From: a virus | Lineage: Duplodnaviria > Caudoviricetes | IMG/VR virus record: IMGVR_UViG_3300018494_000083 | Reading direction: 5' to 3' (one strand) | DNA: 64,000 nt | Shown here: piece after piece, positions 1 to 9,987 of the stretch | Layout of the letters: every line of letters starts with the position of its first letter | How positions within the stretch are numbered: position 1 is the first letter of the stretch | Translations under genes and position numbers: made by a program | The notes under the pieces: generated by a model | Seen by the model: only the letters and a program-made list of their open reading frames with translations | What the model was told of the DNA's origin: nothing | The model's database searches: none

Positions 1-253
1 ACGGAGGCTGTACAATGTAGAGTCTACCGTCTTCAATTACCTGAGGAAATGCCCTCATGAATATAACGATAAGACCTGCTTGTATACTACCACCGTCGGG
101 GTCCGCATCAGTTAAGACGAATATTTTATCTGGAATGATATCGTCTATATTTCCTCTCTTACCAGGAACGAGTCCAATGATACGAGAGAGGTCACTGATT
201 ATATCTTTCTTAAGTAATTCTGCCGTTGGACAATCATAGATATTATCAACTTT
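1..253 (-). CDS. gyrB: Type II topoisomerase GyrB-like subunit, exon 3 (runs off window start)
   Basis: Translates KVDNIYD...IFVLTDADPDGGSI...IEDGRLYIVQPP, matching the TOPRIM DxDxDG region of GyrB; in frame after removing the intron. Confidence 0.9.
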
Positions 254-541
254 CATTATCTTCACATAGGTCGTTAATCTATGCAGTTCCTAAAGAACTT
301 CTCTATATTACTATAGAAGTTGAGACTATATCTTCACCCTTAACAGGGGCATACCATTTCGATTTAAGGGATTCTCACCCACCCACTTGGGTCCTACTCC
401 TATTGCCGACTTCCACGGCTTGTTTCAGGATAGTCGTTGAACCTTCATCTTTCGATGCTTGGCTGCTGATTAGGTTTGGAACCCTTCCAGCAATTAAATA
501 TGTGTCCGTATACCATTACTGGTATAGGAGGCTAGTTGTTA
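254..541 (-). ncRNA. Group I intron 2 in gyrB (288 nt, no ORF)
   Basis: 5' exon ends in U (AGAGGT) and can pair with GCCTC (P1); intron ends in G; core blocks shared with the other three introns; splicing restores LRG|K. Confidence 0.88.
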
Positions 542-595
542 ACCTCTGAGTTTATAAATACTCTGATAATCCAAACGTGAGCTTTCAACCTGATT
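542..595 (-). CDS. gyrB: gyrB exon 2 (54 nt, NQVESSRLDYQSIYKLRG)
   Basis: Fills exactly the GyrB segment between EGDSAG and LRGK. Confidence 0.88.
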
Positions 596-882
596 CATTT
601 TATTCACATAGGTCGCTAATCTATGCAGTTCTCTTATGAACTTCTCTAGGTCTCCCTAGATGTTTAGACTATATCTTCATCTCCTTTCGGAGAGTCTACC
701 GTTTCCATTTAAGGGGATTTCACCCACTCGCTTGAGCCGTACTCCTATTGGTTATTTCTAACCCAAGGGATAGTCGTTGAACGTTACTCTTTCGAGTCTT
801 CGCTGCGGATTGTCCTTACGGATATCCCCGCAATTAGATAGATACCAGTATACAGTCACCCGTATACACAGGCAATCAATTC
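596..882 (-). ncRNA. Group I intron 1 in gyrB (287 nt, no ORF)
   Basis: Inserted right after EGDSAG; P1 pairing GCAGGT/GCCTGT; P10-like GATT/AATC; terminal G. Confidence 0.88.
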
Positions 883-2163
883 ACCTGCAGAGTCTCCCTC
901 TACTATATAAAGCTCAGTATAAGAAGTTGTACATCCCATTCTCTTAGGGAAGAACTTCTCAATTGCATCCTTACTTAAGCCATTACCAACTTTCTTAACT
1001 TGCTGTCTAGCTTTGATAGAAGACATTCTTGCCTTGATATTATCCCTAAGGATAGTGGCAATGATTCTTATATCAGAGTCAGTCATCTTGTTGAGCTGTT
1101 TAGTAATGAATTCTTCGATCTCTTCTCCGATAGTTACGGAGGTGAACTTCTCTTTAAACTGACCAAGATACTCAGGTTCGTTAGTCACCAAGACAACTAC
1201 ACCACAAAGACCAAGACGAACATCTTCCTTACGGAATTGATAGTTCTTCTTATCCTTCTCAGACAGGAAGTTCTTGTATAGATACTTGCGGAAGAACTCA
1301 TATAGTGCATTGGATACTGCCTCTACATGCGTTCCGCCTTCTTTGTTATAAATATAGTTACACCAACCCATAATCGCATTCTCTTCGGTAACTGCTTTAG
1401 AGTTATAACCGAAACCAATACGACACTTGGTTAGGGATCCCTTAGGTTGGTAGTCAAGGAACCATGTCTTAGAAGTTGATTTACAGTACTTCTTAAACAG
1501 CTCCTCAGTAGTAAGTCCTTCAAACTTTTCTTTGATCTTCTTACCCTCTTTGGTTACACCAGAGAACTTAATCTTAAAACCAGGGCATGCATCGGCTTTT
1601 TCTTCAACCATCTGCATGATATTTTCACAGCTAAGCTTATCAGTCTCTTTCAAATATTTATCAGAGATACGGAACTTAACAAAAGTTCCATGTTTATCAG
1701 GATCTGCCTTTTCGACGATTTCTTTCTTGAAATAACCGTCTACATATTTTCTGGTTACGGATTTCTTATCTCTCGTTGATGTAATCTCAAAATAATCAGA
1801 CAAGAAGTTTGCCAGTTTATTACCAATACCATGTAATCCACCGGCACTCGTATAGGCACTTTCATTACCCTTAGAGAACTTACCAGAACTGTTAAGGACT
1901 TCACACAGTTCTTTCAGTCTTTCAATAGGAATACCACGTCCATTATCGGTTACGGTTACTTCCCTTGTTTTCTCATTGTAGGTAACTTCGACAGAGCCTC
2001 CAACTTGCATAATTTCATCCTGGGCATTGTCCACTATTTCACGTACTAAATGGAGACATCCAGCAAGACGTTTGTCAGGAATATACAAGTGCGGCTGTTT
2101 AACGACTCTGTCTCTGTCATCCATCAAGACTTCGATGGACGAGGCATCATATTTGACAGCCAT
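883..2163 (-). CDS. gyrB: GyrB-like subunit exon 1 (GHKL ATPase, transducer, start of TOPRIM)
   Basis: EIVDNAQDE, DNGRGIP, SGKF, GGLHGIG, EGGTH and IVEGDSAG motifs. Confidence 0.93.
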
Positions 2164-2257
2164 TATATACCTCCTTGGTGAAATTTAGCGAATCGAACTA
2201 TTCGCCATGATATAGTGTCATTTTCATAGTACTTTGGAAAGTCCTACAAAATACACT

Positions 2258-2572
2258 CTACATTATACAATCTCGAATCAAACGATTATACCATATTGGG
2301 TCTTCATCTTTGAGTGATTCAAAATCGTATACTTCTTCTTGAACGTTGACTCGACCAGTATGATCATAAAAGTTAACTTTATCAGAACTGACTACAAAGT
2401 GCCCAGTTATTGGCATGTAATAGATCTTCAGGTTTGGAAAACGGGCACAGAGAATAATAGCAAAGTAATAACAGTTTCCAGTAGTCCAATTACAGTCTCC
2501 TGGAAATCTTCTGTTTATAAACTCGGTTATTATTTCATCAGTAATCAGATTCCTCTTGGTTACATCTTTCAA
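2258..2572 (-). CDS. Hypothetical protein
   Basis: 104-aa ORF (GNCYYFA...GHF...YD), co-directional with neighbours. Confidence 0.65.
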   Translation of the reverse strand: MKDVTKRNLITDEIITEFINRRFPGDCNWTTGNCYYFAIILCARFPNLKIYYMPITGHFVVSSDKVNFYDHTGRVNVQEEVYDFESLKDEDPIWYNRLIRDCIM

Positions 2573-3299
2573 ATCTATATCCTTTCGTGTTTGGTTGTTG
2601 ACCCTTTAAGACTCTGTTTATGCATTTCATATCCACATTGTATTTCTTGGCTATTCTCGATAAGCCTTCCTCAATAGTAATCTTTCCATCTGGATGAATT
2701 ACCTTCAAGGTTACTTTCTTCTGTGGTGTGTAATGGTCTACGTACTTTTGTTGTTCCTTAGCACTCAACCATATACATGTGCTTGGAGAGTACACTTTAT
2801 TTGTATCCTCATTGAATTGCCTAGCGTCTTTATCTAGACTAATCTTATTTTCAAGCAACAATTGTCTATCCCAACCGACTAATTCCTGAGCATCATAGAA
2901 AAAAGATGAGAAACTGCGCCATCTCTCACAGACTCTTACATCCTTATCAAAGTAGGATTTATGACTTTTATGGTTCTCATTATAGCACCTGTAGATCATA
3001 AACTTCCATCTATCGTATAGAGCTTTACATAATATTGGGTCATCTCTCTTGAGTTCCTCGTATTTATCACCGAGGTAACCAAGCCCCAATACAGTAGGCT
3101 TTCTACGATCTTTGACTTCTCCAGTTCTCACTTGGTTGTAGGGAGCAACCGTTTTATAACCAGTCTTTGGGAAATAAATAGAGACATACAGCTCATTGTC
3201 TGTATGTCTTCGAAATGTTTTCAGTATCCATATAGGATCTTTTTCCTTGTTACGGAAAGTATAAGCTGATCGAGCTTTAATATTATAGAATTTACTCAT
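2538..3299 (-). CDS. Free-standing HNH-like (homing-type) endonuclease
   Basis: LYDRWKFMIYRCY...VRVCERWRSFSSF...LDKD...YSPSTCIW pattern typical of phage HNH-family endonucleases; probable C-terminal DNA-binding module. Confidence 0.7.
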   Translation of the reverse strand: MSKFYNIKARSAYTFRNKEKDPIWILKTFRRHTDNELYVSIYFPKTGYKTVAPYNQVRTGEVKDRRKPTVLGLGYLGDKYEELKRDDPILCKALYDRWKFMIYRCYNENHKSHKSYFDKDVRVCERWRSFSSFFYDAQELVGWDRQLLLENKISLDKDARQFNEDTNKVYSPSTCIWLSAKEQQKYVDHYTPQKKVTLKVIHPDGKITIEEGLSRIAKKYNVDMKCINRVLKGQQPNTKGYRFERCNQEESDY

Positions 3300-3370
3300 A
3301 TGATAAAAAATAAAAATGGATGGAGACCGAAGTCTCCATCCATCTTATTTATCTTATTAGTGAATAAGGA

Positions 3371-3889
3371 TTAGTAAGATACACGATAGAACTTATTCTT
3401 GTCCTTCTTCTTACCCTTCTTATTCTTCTTCTTTTTCTTCTTACCGTTCTTGTAAGAATCCTTGTGCTCGTTCATGAGTCTCTCTACGAGATCAGGGCAA
3501 CGAGAGATAATACGAAGTGCCTTCGTGATCTCATCGTCAGTCTCCTCATTGATTGCGAGTCTGTTACGAGCGATAGAGAGCACAGAGTAGATTACATCAT
3601 GTGCTGCAATAACCGAATCCTTGGAAAGCATCTCAGGATCGGTGTGAATCTTACCACCACAGATCTTGCAGATACGGAACATACCGTCATCGCTTGTCTT
3701 GAAGTGGGTCTTGCCATGATCGCGGTCGATATGGTTACACTGGCAACGCTTGATGATTTCCTTGTCCTTCTGCTTGAGAAGTCGGAGTTCTTCCTTTCTC
3801 TTCTCTTTCTTGGACTTCTTCTTCTGCTCGCCGCCTTCGTATCTGAACTTGCCACGAATAATACGCTTAGACATTGTGGTTTCCTCCAA
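3371..3889 (-). CDS. Lys-rich hypothetical protein with CxH/CxxC motifs
   Basis: ORF with basic termini; probable start at MSKR after a GGAGG SD. Confidence 0.7.
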   Translation of the reverse strand: MEETTMSKRIIRGKFRYEGGEQKKKSKKEKRKEELRLLKQKDKEIIKRCQCNHIDRDHGKTHFKTSDDGMFRICKICGGKIHTDPEMLSKDSVIAAHDVIYSVLSIARNRLAINEETDDEITKALRIISRCPDLVERLMNEHKDSYKNGKKKKKKNKKGKKKDKNKFYRVSY

Positions 3890-3990
3890 TTTGTTTTTGT
3901 TATTATTTTCGTTCGGGAATGTTGAAAATAATGTGTACTTTATAATAATCTGTTGAGGAAGTAATTTATTTTTATTCCTACAGGTTATTT

Positions 3991-4022
3991 CAGAAATATG
4001 ATGTATATTTAAGCGTTATTTT
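3991..4022 (-). promoter_or_regulatory. Conserved phage promoter-like motif AAAATAAnn-N5-AWTATACAYYATATT
   Basis: Same motif also at ~15569-15597(-), ~15981-16008(-), ~20256-20284(-) and ~41000-41028(+), always upstream of genes. Confidence 0.6.
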
Positions 4023-4101
4023 GTATACTTAATATACCCAAGCAATAGACATGTAAGATTTCTCCTACATGTCTATTGTTATAAATTACATTAAACTGTA
4101 A

Positions 4102-4722
4102 TTAGCCGATAGTTACAGGAACTACTGCAACCTCAGTTGCAGTGAAAGGATCGCTGACAAATGCTCTTGCATAAACCGTAGTTCCAGCAGCGACAGACTT
4201 CACATCTACGTCAGCATCGGTATTATCAGCTGCAGCCTGTGCAAGCTCTTCGGTGCTGAAATAACCGATTGTTACATTTGCTGCAGGATCGGTTGTGAGA
4301 ATCTGGAAAACTTTGCCGTATATAAGTTCAGCAGCACTTGCCACATTGTACTCATCCTTCTCGAACTGCACAGTTACCGTGGGTGCAAATGTAGGATCGA
4401 TAGCTTTAACGATATCGGCAGCAGTCTTAAAATTTTCCTGCATAACGAAGTGTACAGAGAATACAACGTTAAGGTCTACAAAGGATGTGATAGGATCACC
4501 CTTAACGCTCAGTTCTGCAGGGATATGCTCATGGAATACGAAACCGGTTGGACCGGTGCCGTCACCAACAAAATATGCATTACCAGCTTTATACATATCT
4601 TGGAAATTGAAGATAGGCAGGTTATCAATATGCATCAGAGAGATACTACGCCATCTCTCACCTTCGGGCAGGTTCTGATCTCCCAATGCATTACATACAG
4701 CCAGAAAATGTTCGTATGTCAT
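4102..4722 (-). CDS. Hypothetical protein (possible virion protein)
   Basis: 206-aa ORF with SD and an upstream AACA-N6-TA motif at 4750-4761. Confidence 0.7.
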   Translation of the reverse strand: MTYEHFLAVCNALGDQNLPEGERWRSISLMHIDNLPIFNFQDMYKAGNAYFVGDGTGPTGFVFHEHIPAELSVKGDPITSFVDLNVVFSVHFVMQENFKTAADIVKAIDPTFAPTVTVQFEKDEYNVASAAELIYGKVFQILTTDPAANVTIGYFSTEELAQAAADNTDADVDVKSVAAGTTVYARAFVSDPFTATEVAVVPVTIG

Positions 4723-4761
4723 TACAGGTTTCCCCTTTCTTGTATTATTTAATAAATTGTT

Positions 4762-5958
4762 TTAGATAAACATCCAGACCTTATTAATAGCCCTTGTGAC
4801 GGCTGTATAACGAAGTTGTCTCATATATTCTCTATCTCCTACCCACTCATCATAGTATAGAACAGATCCATACTGAGATCCCTGGGATAGGTGAACTGTT
4901 AGAGCTTCACCAAATTCAAGCTTAGCTCCATGGTTATATTCACTAACTTCTTTCTCACCGCAAGGTTGTTTAATAAAGTCATAGTCACAGGCAAGTGCTT
5001 CATAGTACTCATCTGTGTAGTCTGGTTGGAAATCGATTCTATAGATACCTTTATGTAGGGCACACTCATCCATTCGTATTGGGTACTTCACCTTTCCAAG
5101 AATACCATTGATAAGAGGTATTCCATCCAAGGATCTGTACCAGCAATTCTTACGGCAGATAAGTTTGTCACCTACATTAGGAAGCTTACCTTTAGATCCA
5201 TGAAGTTCTCTGACTCGGTTATTGAACATATTACGAGTCTTATTCTTAGCAGTCAGAATAATATCTGCTTCCAAGAGATGTCTATCCTTCATATATTCTT
5301 TAGGTAGAATCCAGGCGTCATTAAACCAGTTGTAGTGACGAGGAAGTTCTTTACCTTCCCTGATTCTGGTAGCAAGTTGAACTATTCCACTGAACTCTGC
5401 TTGTCTGGTAATCTCTGTTAGTTCATACTTAACCTTCTTAGCGAACGGAGATTCACCAAACACAGGTCTAAGCTGATAAGAGTCACCAGATGCAATAACA
5501 GGAATTCCATGCTTATAAATAGCATGCATTAGTTCTTCATTCACCATAGACCATTCATCGACAACTATAAGTTTAACATGAGGATCTATAAAATCTTTCT
5601 CTTTAAATTTCATTTCCGTAACAGTTCGACCGTTAACGGTAACAAGTCTACCATCTCTTACCTTGGGAGATTCAACTAAGTCATAGAATGTAGAATGTAT
5701 TGTACTAGCATCAAAGCCCTTCTGCATAAGAACAGATGCGGCTTTTCCAGTGAATGCTACATATAATACTTCATCTCTCTCAAGACCGAGTTTATTTACT
5801 ACATAAGGCAATATCGATGTTTTACCTGTACCAGCAGGACCACTGTATACGAAATCTTGGTCGTTAGAATGAGTATACCATTTATAGATAAGATGCATTA
5901 ACTCTCTTTGTCCGTCGGTAAACTCAAACTGTTTCTTCAATTGGCTCATTATTGTCAC
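4762..5958 (-). CDS. SF1B RecD/Dda-like ATP-dependent helicase
   Basis: GPAGTGKT, IVVDEWSM, GDSYQLRPV, LTEITRQ, TVHLSQGSQY, YTAVTRA. Confidence 0.9.
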   Translation of the reverse strand: MTIMSQLKKQFEFTDGQRELMHLIYKWYTHSNDQDFVYSGPAGTGKTSILPYVVNKLGLERDEVLYVAFTGKAASVLMQKGFDASTIHSTFYDLVESPKVRDGRLVTVNGRTVTEMKFKEKDFIDPHVKLIVVDEWSMVNEELMHAIYKHGIPVIASGDSYQLRPVFGESPFAKKVKYELTEITRQAEFSGIVQLATRIREGKELPRHYNWFNDAWILPKEYMKDRHLLEADIILTAKNKTRNMFNNRVRELHGSKGKLPNVGDKLICRKNCWYRSLDGIPLINGILGKVKYPIRMDECALHKGIYRIDFQPDYTDEYYEALACDYDFIKQPCGEKEVSEYNHGAKLEFGEALTVHLSQGSQYGSVLYYDEWVGDREYMRQLRYTAVTRAINKVWMFI

Positions 5959-6514
5959 CTCTTTTGAGGAATGTCATAAGGTTTTCCATATATTGCTTAT
6001 GTTCATCTGCATCCATCATCAATGCGGCAATAATCGACATCTTCAAAATGGCTGCCGAAGGACTGGTCTTAATGTAAGAGCCTTCGACTACCTTACCATC
6101 CTTGGTAAGCCAGCCAGAGTACTTAATTTTACCGTCTTTTTCGTAGTCATTTATTTCAAGGGTATCGAAATCAATATAATTGAATTCCTCAAACAATTCA
6201 ATAATAATGTTGGCATGTTTTTCATTCCGGAAGGGTCTGAAAATAGCCAGGTCTTTTGGAATCTTTGATATCGAACTAAACCTTTCAGCAAAGCCTAAAT
6301 ACTTGGTTCCGCACATAAGTGGGTCAAGATATAGGTCTGAATATATAGTAAAGTCGCTATCAACATCTAAATCTAACATATGAAGGAATTGCGAAGTCAG
6401 TTCGAATTCAGCTTCGGAGATCTTAGATTTTCGACGTCTAATTCGTGTCATTTTTATGTACATGATTAGCTCCTTCAAGTAAATATATAAGGAGATGAAA
6501 CTATGGACAAGCAA
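5924..6514 (-). CDS. Hypothetical protein
   Basis: Long ORF; real start probably MYIKM (~6463) after a GAAGGAG SD. Confidence 0.65.
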   Translation of the reverse strand: MLVHSFISLYIYLKELIMYIKMTRIRRRKSKISEAEFELTSQFLHMLDLDVDSDFTIYSDLYLDPLMCGTKYLGFAERFSSISKIPKDLAIFRPFRNEKHANIIIELFEEFNYIDFDTLEINDYEKDGKIKYSGWLTKDGKVVEGSYIKTSPSAAILKMSIIAALMMDADEHKQYMENLMTFLKRGDNNEPIEETV

Positions 6515-6934
6515 GCCAGAATAGGTTTTAAAGACTATATGTTTGTCTACTCTCTGGAAGAGGTAACGAACCCTACAGAACTTTTGGTAACTATTCCTGA
6601 TGTCTTTGTCGATAAGCCAGTTTCATCCGCAGATAGTGCCAAGATTCTCAAAGGTCCTACGACCATTTTCAAGAATACTAATCTTCCAGCACTATCAAAG
6701 TACTATGTTTCAAGTAATTATATGAGATTAAAAGTTATCAACTACTTTGGCGGAACCAGTAATATTGTTGGTCCCAATATCAGAGCAGATGGTAATGTAC
6801 TTAAAATCTCTTCTTCAGAGCCGAGTAACTATCCTATTGCGGTAGGTATCGGCAATGTAAAGGTTGGGGATCGTTTACTTGCAACCTTTATTAACGGTAA
6901 CCCAAATAACGGAATCATTATTGCGAGGTGTTAA
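6503..6934 (+). CDS. Putative baseplate/spike OB-fold-like protein
   Basis: AGGAG SD; C-terminal VGDRLLATFINGNPNNGII resembles gp5/gpV N-terminal domains (weak). Confidence 0.5.
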   Translation: MDKQARIGFKDYMFVYSLEEVTNPTELLVTIPDVFVDKPVSSADSAKILKGPTTIFKNTNLPALSKYYVSSNYMRLKVINYFGGTSNIVGPNIRADGNVLKISSSEPSNYPIAVGIGNVKVGDRLLATFINGNPNNGIIIARC

Positions 6935-7353
6935 TTATGGCTGACAATACTAAGATCCGAACATTGGAAGACCTTGTTAAATACGGGGCATCGTCAGACT
7001 ATACAATTCCCAAGGTGATTACGCTTAGGAAAGTCGGCAAAGTAATAATGCCCGATGAGATCGTTTACGATAAGTACCGTGATTTGATCTTCCAAAATAG
7101 TTATCTTCAATCTCTTACGATTGAGCAACAAAAATCATATAGATATCGTCCTGATCGTTTAAGCATGGAGCTTTATGGAACTACGAATTTGTCCCATATT
7201 ATTCTCTATCTTAACAAATGTGCAGAGATCGACTTTAAACCCGAAGACACAGTCAGAGTTCTTGACCCTGATGCTGTGCTCGATGTATTGAAGTTAATTC
7301 TGACACACGAAACCGGACGCATTACTGCAGCTAAACAAAAAGCAATGGGATAA
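6928..7353 (+). CDS. Baseplate wedge protein, T4 gp53/LysM-like
   Basis: YRYRPDRLSMELYGTTNLSHIILYLN motif. Confidence 0.65.
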   Translation: MLIMADNTKIRTLEDLVKYGASSDYTIPKVITLRKVGKVIMPDEIVYDKYRDLIFQNSYLQSLTIEQQKSYRYRPDRLSMELYGTTNLSHIILYLNKCAEIDFKPEDTVRVLDPDAVLDVLKLILTHETGRITAAKQKAMG

Positions 7354-7382
7354 GACGCAAAGTCTTATCCCAATTTCTTGTC

Positions 7383-7964
7383 CTAAATAAGTACTTTCTG
7401 TCTTCTACTAATATGATAGAAACCATCTCTGATAATAGATTTACCCGTGGTTCTGCCATAGATAGAAATATATCCCTCGGAATTAGCCATTGCCTTTATC
7501 TTGGTTAGTTCCATCATGCGAAGAGTTCTAAGCTCTTTCTCTTTATCTTCGAGCAATTTAAGAGCTTGACGTTTCTCCTTAATTGCATCATCTGCATTCT
7601 TGCAAACGTCGACGATACTATCAAACGAGTCTTCATAATCTTCACCAAGCGAACTACAGAATTCAAGGAATTTATTTTCGCTTTCCTCTTTAGGATCTGT
7701 AAAGTCTGCTCTACCCGTGGTTCTTTGAACACCCATCGGGTTAAAGTCTTCCATACTAAGTCTTGATAAGGGTTTGCCATCAATATCTGGTGTAAGCAAA
7801 ATTTGGTTGTGTTCATCAAATGGATGAAGGAACAGATAAATCCTATCTTTATTAGGCTTACCTCTAAACTTCTCCAGTTTGAATCCCATGTATTGCTTAC
7901 CTGTATCTTCATCTCCGTCTTGTTCACGGTTGATGATAATACAACAGTCCGTATTTTTCATGAC
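7383..7964 (-). CDS. dnaB: DnaB-like helicase exon 3
   Basis: Begins VMKNTDCCIIINRE, followed by KFRG; in frame with the upstream exons after splicing. Confidence 0.85.
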   Translation of the reverse strand, partial: VMKNTDCCIIINREQDGDEDTGKQYMGFKLEKFRGKPNKDRIYLFLHPFDEHNQILLTPDIDGKPLSRLSMEDFNPMGVQRTTGRADFTDPKEESENKFLEFCSSLGEDYEDSFDSIVDVCKNADDAIKEKRQALKLLEDKEKELRTLRMMELTKIKAMANSEGYISIYGRTTGKSIIRDGFYHISRRQKVLI

Positions 7965-8332
7965 CATTATCTTCACACAGGTCGTTAATCTGTGCAGTTC
8001 TCTTATGAACTTCTCCAGCATTTCTCTGGATGTTGAGACTATATCATCATCTTCTTTCGAAGGGTTATCCATTTCGATTTAAGGGATTCTCACCCACCCA
8101 CTTGGGTCCTACTCCTATTGCCGATTCTCACGGCTTATTTCAGGATAGTCGTTGAACGTTCCTCTCTCGAGGCTTCGCTGCGGATTATTCAATCTTTAAC
8201 CTTTTTACTATTCCTCGGATAATTACTCCGAGCCATTATGTTTCACATAACTTAGTAGCCAAAGCTCTAAGAATATCCCCGCAATTAGAATAATTTTGTA
8301 ACTAGTCCATCACTAGACTAGGGGACATGCTA
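7965..8332 (-). ncRNA. Group I intron B in dnaB (368 nt)
   Basis: P1 pairing TGGGAT/GTCCC; terminal G; core near-identical to gyrB intron 2; carries ~80 extra nt. Confidence 0.85.
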
Positions 8333-8344
8333 ATCCCATGATTC
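8333..8344 (-). CDS. dnaB: dnaB micro-exon 2 (12 nt, ESWD)
   Basis: GAATCATGGGAT lies between the terminal G of intron A and the P1 of intron B; gives NVS-ESWD-VMKNTD. Confidence 0.8.
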
Positions 8345-8633
8345 CAAATATCTTCACTAAGGTCGTTAATCTTAGCAGTTCTTCTACGAACTTCTCTAGG
8401 TTACCCTAGAAGTTGAGACTATATCTTCATCCTTTATATAAAGGAGCTCACCATTTCCATTTAAGGGGATTTCACCCACTCACTTGAGCCGTACTCCTGT
8501 TGACCATTTCAGGTCCAATGGGATAGTCGTTGAACGTTACTCTTTCGAGTCTTCGCTGCTGATTAGGTCTGTAACCCTCCCAGCAATTAAATGAGGATCG
8601 ATATACGTTACCGTATAAAGGAGCAAATTCCTT
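8345..8633 (-). ncRNA. Group I intron A in dnaB (289 nt)
   Basis: P1 pairing GAGT/GCTC; terminal G; core near-identical to gyrB intron 1. Confidence 0.85.
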
Positions 8634-9986
8634 ACTCACGTTTTGTTTACCAAGTAACTTAGTTGTATTCTTTTTGTTATTAGCCACTGCTTCAGACATA
8701 ATCGAAGAAGCAGTTCTGTTTAACTGAGCCGCAGAGATGAACGGAATATGTCTAGCCTTTGCAAGCTCTGCCATTTCCGTTGCTACATTACCCAAGTTAA
8801 AACGCATTTCATTTGTTTGATGCTTGGGCTTAAGCTTCTCAATATAGTCCTGTACCACTGCAATGATCTGAATTCCCTTACGGTCAAAGTCAGAGATCAG
8901 TGCATCAATATCAGATACTCCAATTTCCTTATCTGAGAAATACCTGAAGATAAAGTCGATACTGTTCTTATCGCTTCTCTTATTGATAAGACCGGCAGAC
9001 TTAAGACCTTCGACAATTTGTTCGTTGGAGAAGTTTCTGATATCTTCGCCAGATACAGACATATTAAAGATTCTCTCAAATGTCTCTGATTTAGAGTTCT
9101 CTTGAGAGATGAATAGTACTGCTTGTTTCTTTCCATCCACTATGGGTAACTTGTTATACTTCGTTATCCACAATGCACAGGAAAGTAGAACGATTGATTT
9201 ACCTACACCAGTAACACCCATGAACAGATATGATCTACCTGATTCAAATCCACCGTTCAGCATCTTATTCAAGAACTGAATTCCGGTTCTGAGTTTGTTA
9301 TTCGGTGCATTCAGATCGTCCATAACCGAATCTATCTCACCTAAGATCGTATCGGTTGTTAAGTCGAAACCTTTACCGTCTCGACGATATTCTTCACTCT
9401 TACGAACTTCGGCATCGATCTTTGTCATTATCCGTTTAAGTTCGTTAGAGAAGTCAGAAATTCTGTTAAAATATCCTTGGTCCTTTCGCTCAAATAGGGA
9501 AGCCAGTTCCTTTGAGCAAGTAAGAGACCATCCATTGATCAGATTCTCGAATACCATAGTATTTAAATACTTACAGGTATCATTATCCATTCTCTGACCA
9601 ACTAAGGGCTTGACCACTTCCTGGTCAATTATGTCTTTCAATCGGCGGTCGCAATTTCGAAGAATATGTTGAACCACCAATGTTTTAGATGTTAAGTTTA
9701 GCTCACATCTAGCTTCCATAGCAAGCTTAATAAACTCAAGTCTTGCCTTTGCACTATCATTAGTTCTATATGGTTTAGGATCAAGCATTTCGAACATTGT
9801 CTTCATGTTAGCAAGAGCCGAATGTGTAACACTATCAGCTCTCATTGTAACTGAATAAAGACAAAATTGATCTAATTCATCTATTGATAGATTGAGAGGA
9901 AGCAGACAGTAATCTTTACTGTCTCGTGGATCGTAAACTAGTACATCCTCAATAATGTCTTCCGACGCATAATCAAGGTTGAACAT
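8634..9986 (-). CDS. dnaB: DnaB-like replicative helicase exon 1
   Basis: TGIQFLNKMLNGG, GVTGVGKS (Walker A), ISQEN, VVQDYI, SAAQLNR; spliced product ~648 aa. Confidence 0.9.
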
Positions 9987-9987
9987 A

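Noticed and set aside
7965-8072. N-terminus of ORF 7383-8072, C-terminal tails of ORFs 8472-9986 and 856-2163, and ORF 226-549
   Set aside because: Intron sequence read in frame or antisense; not inteins either, because stops intervene
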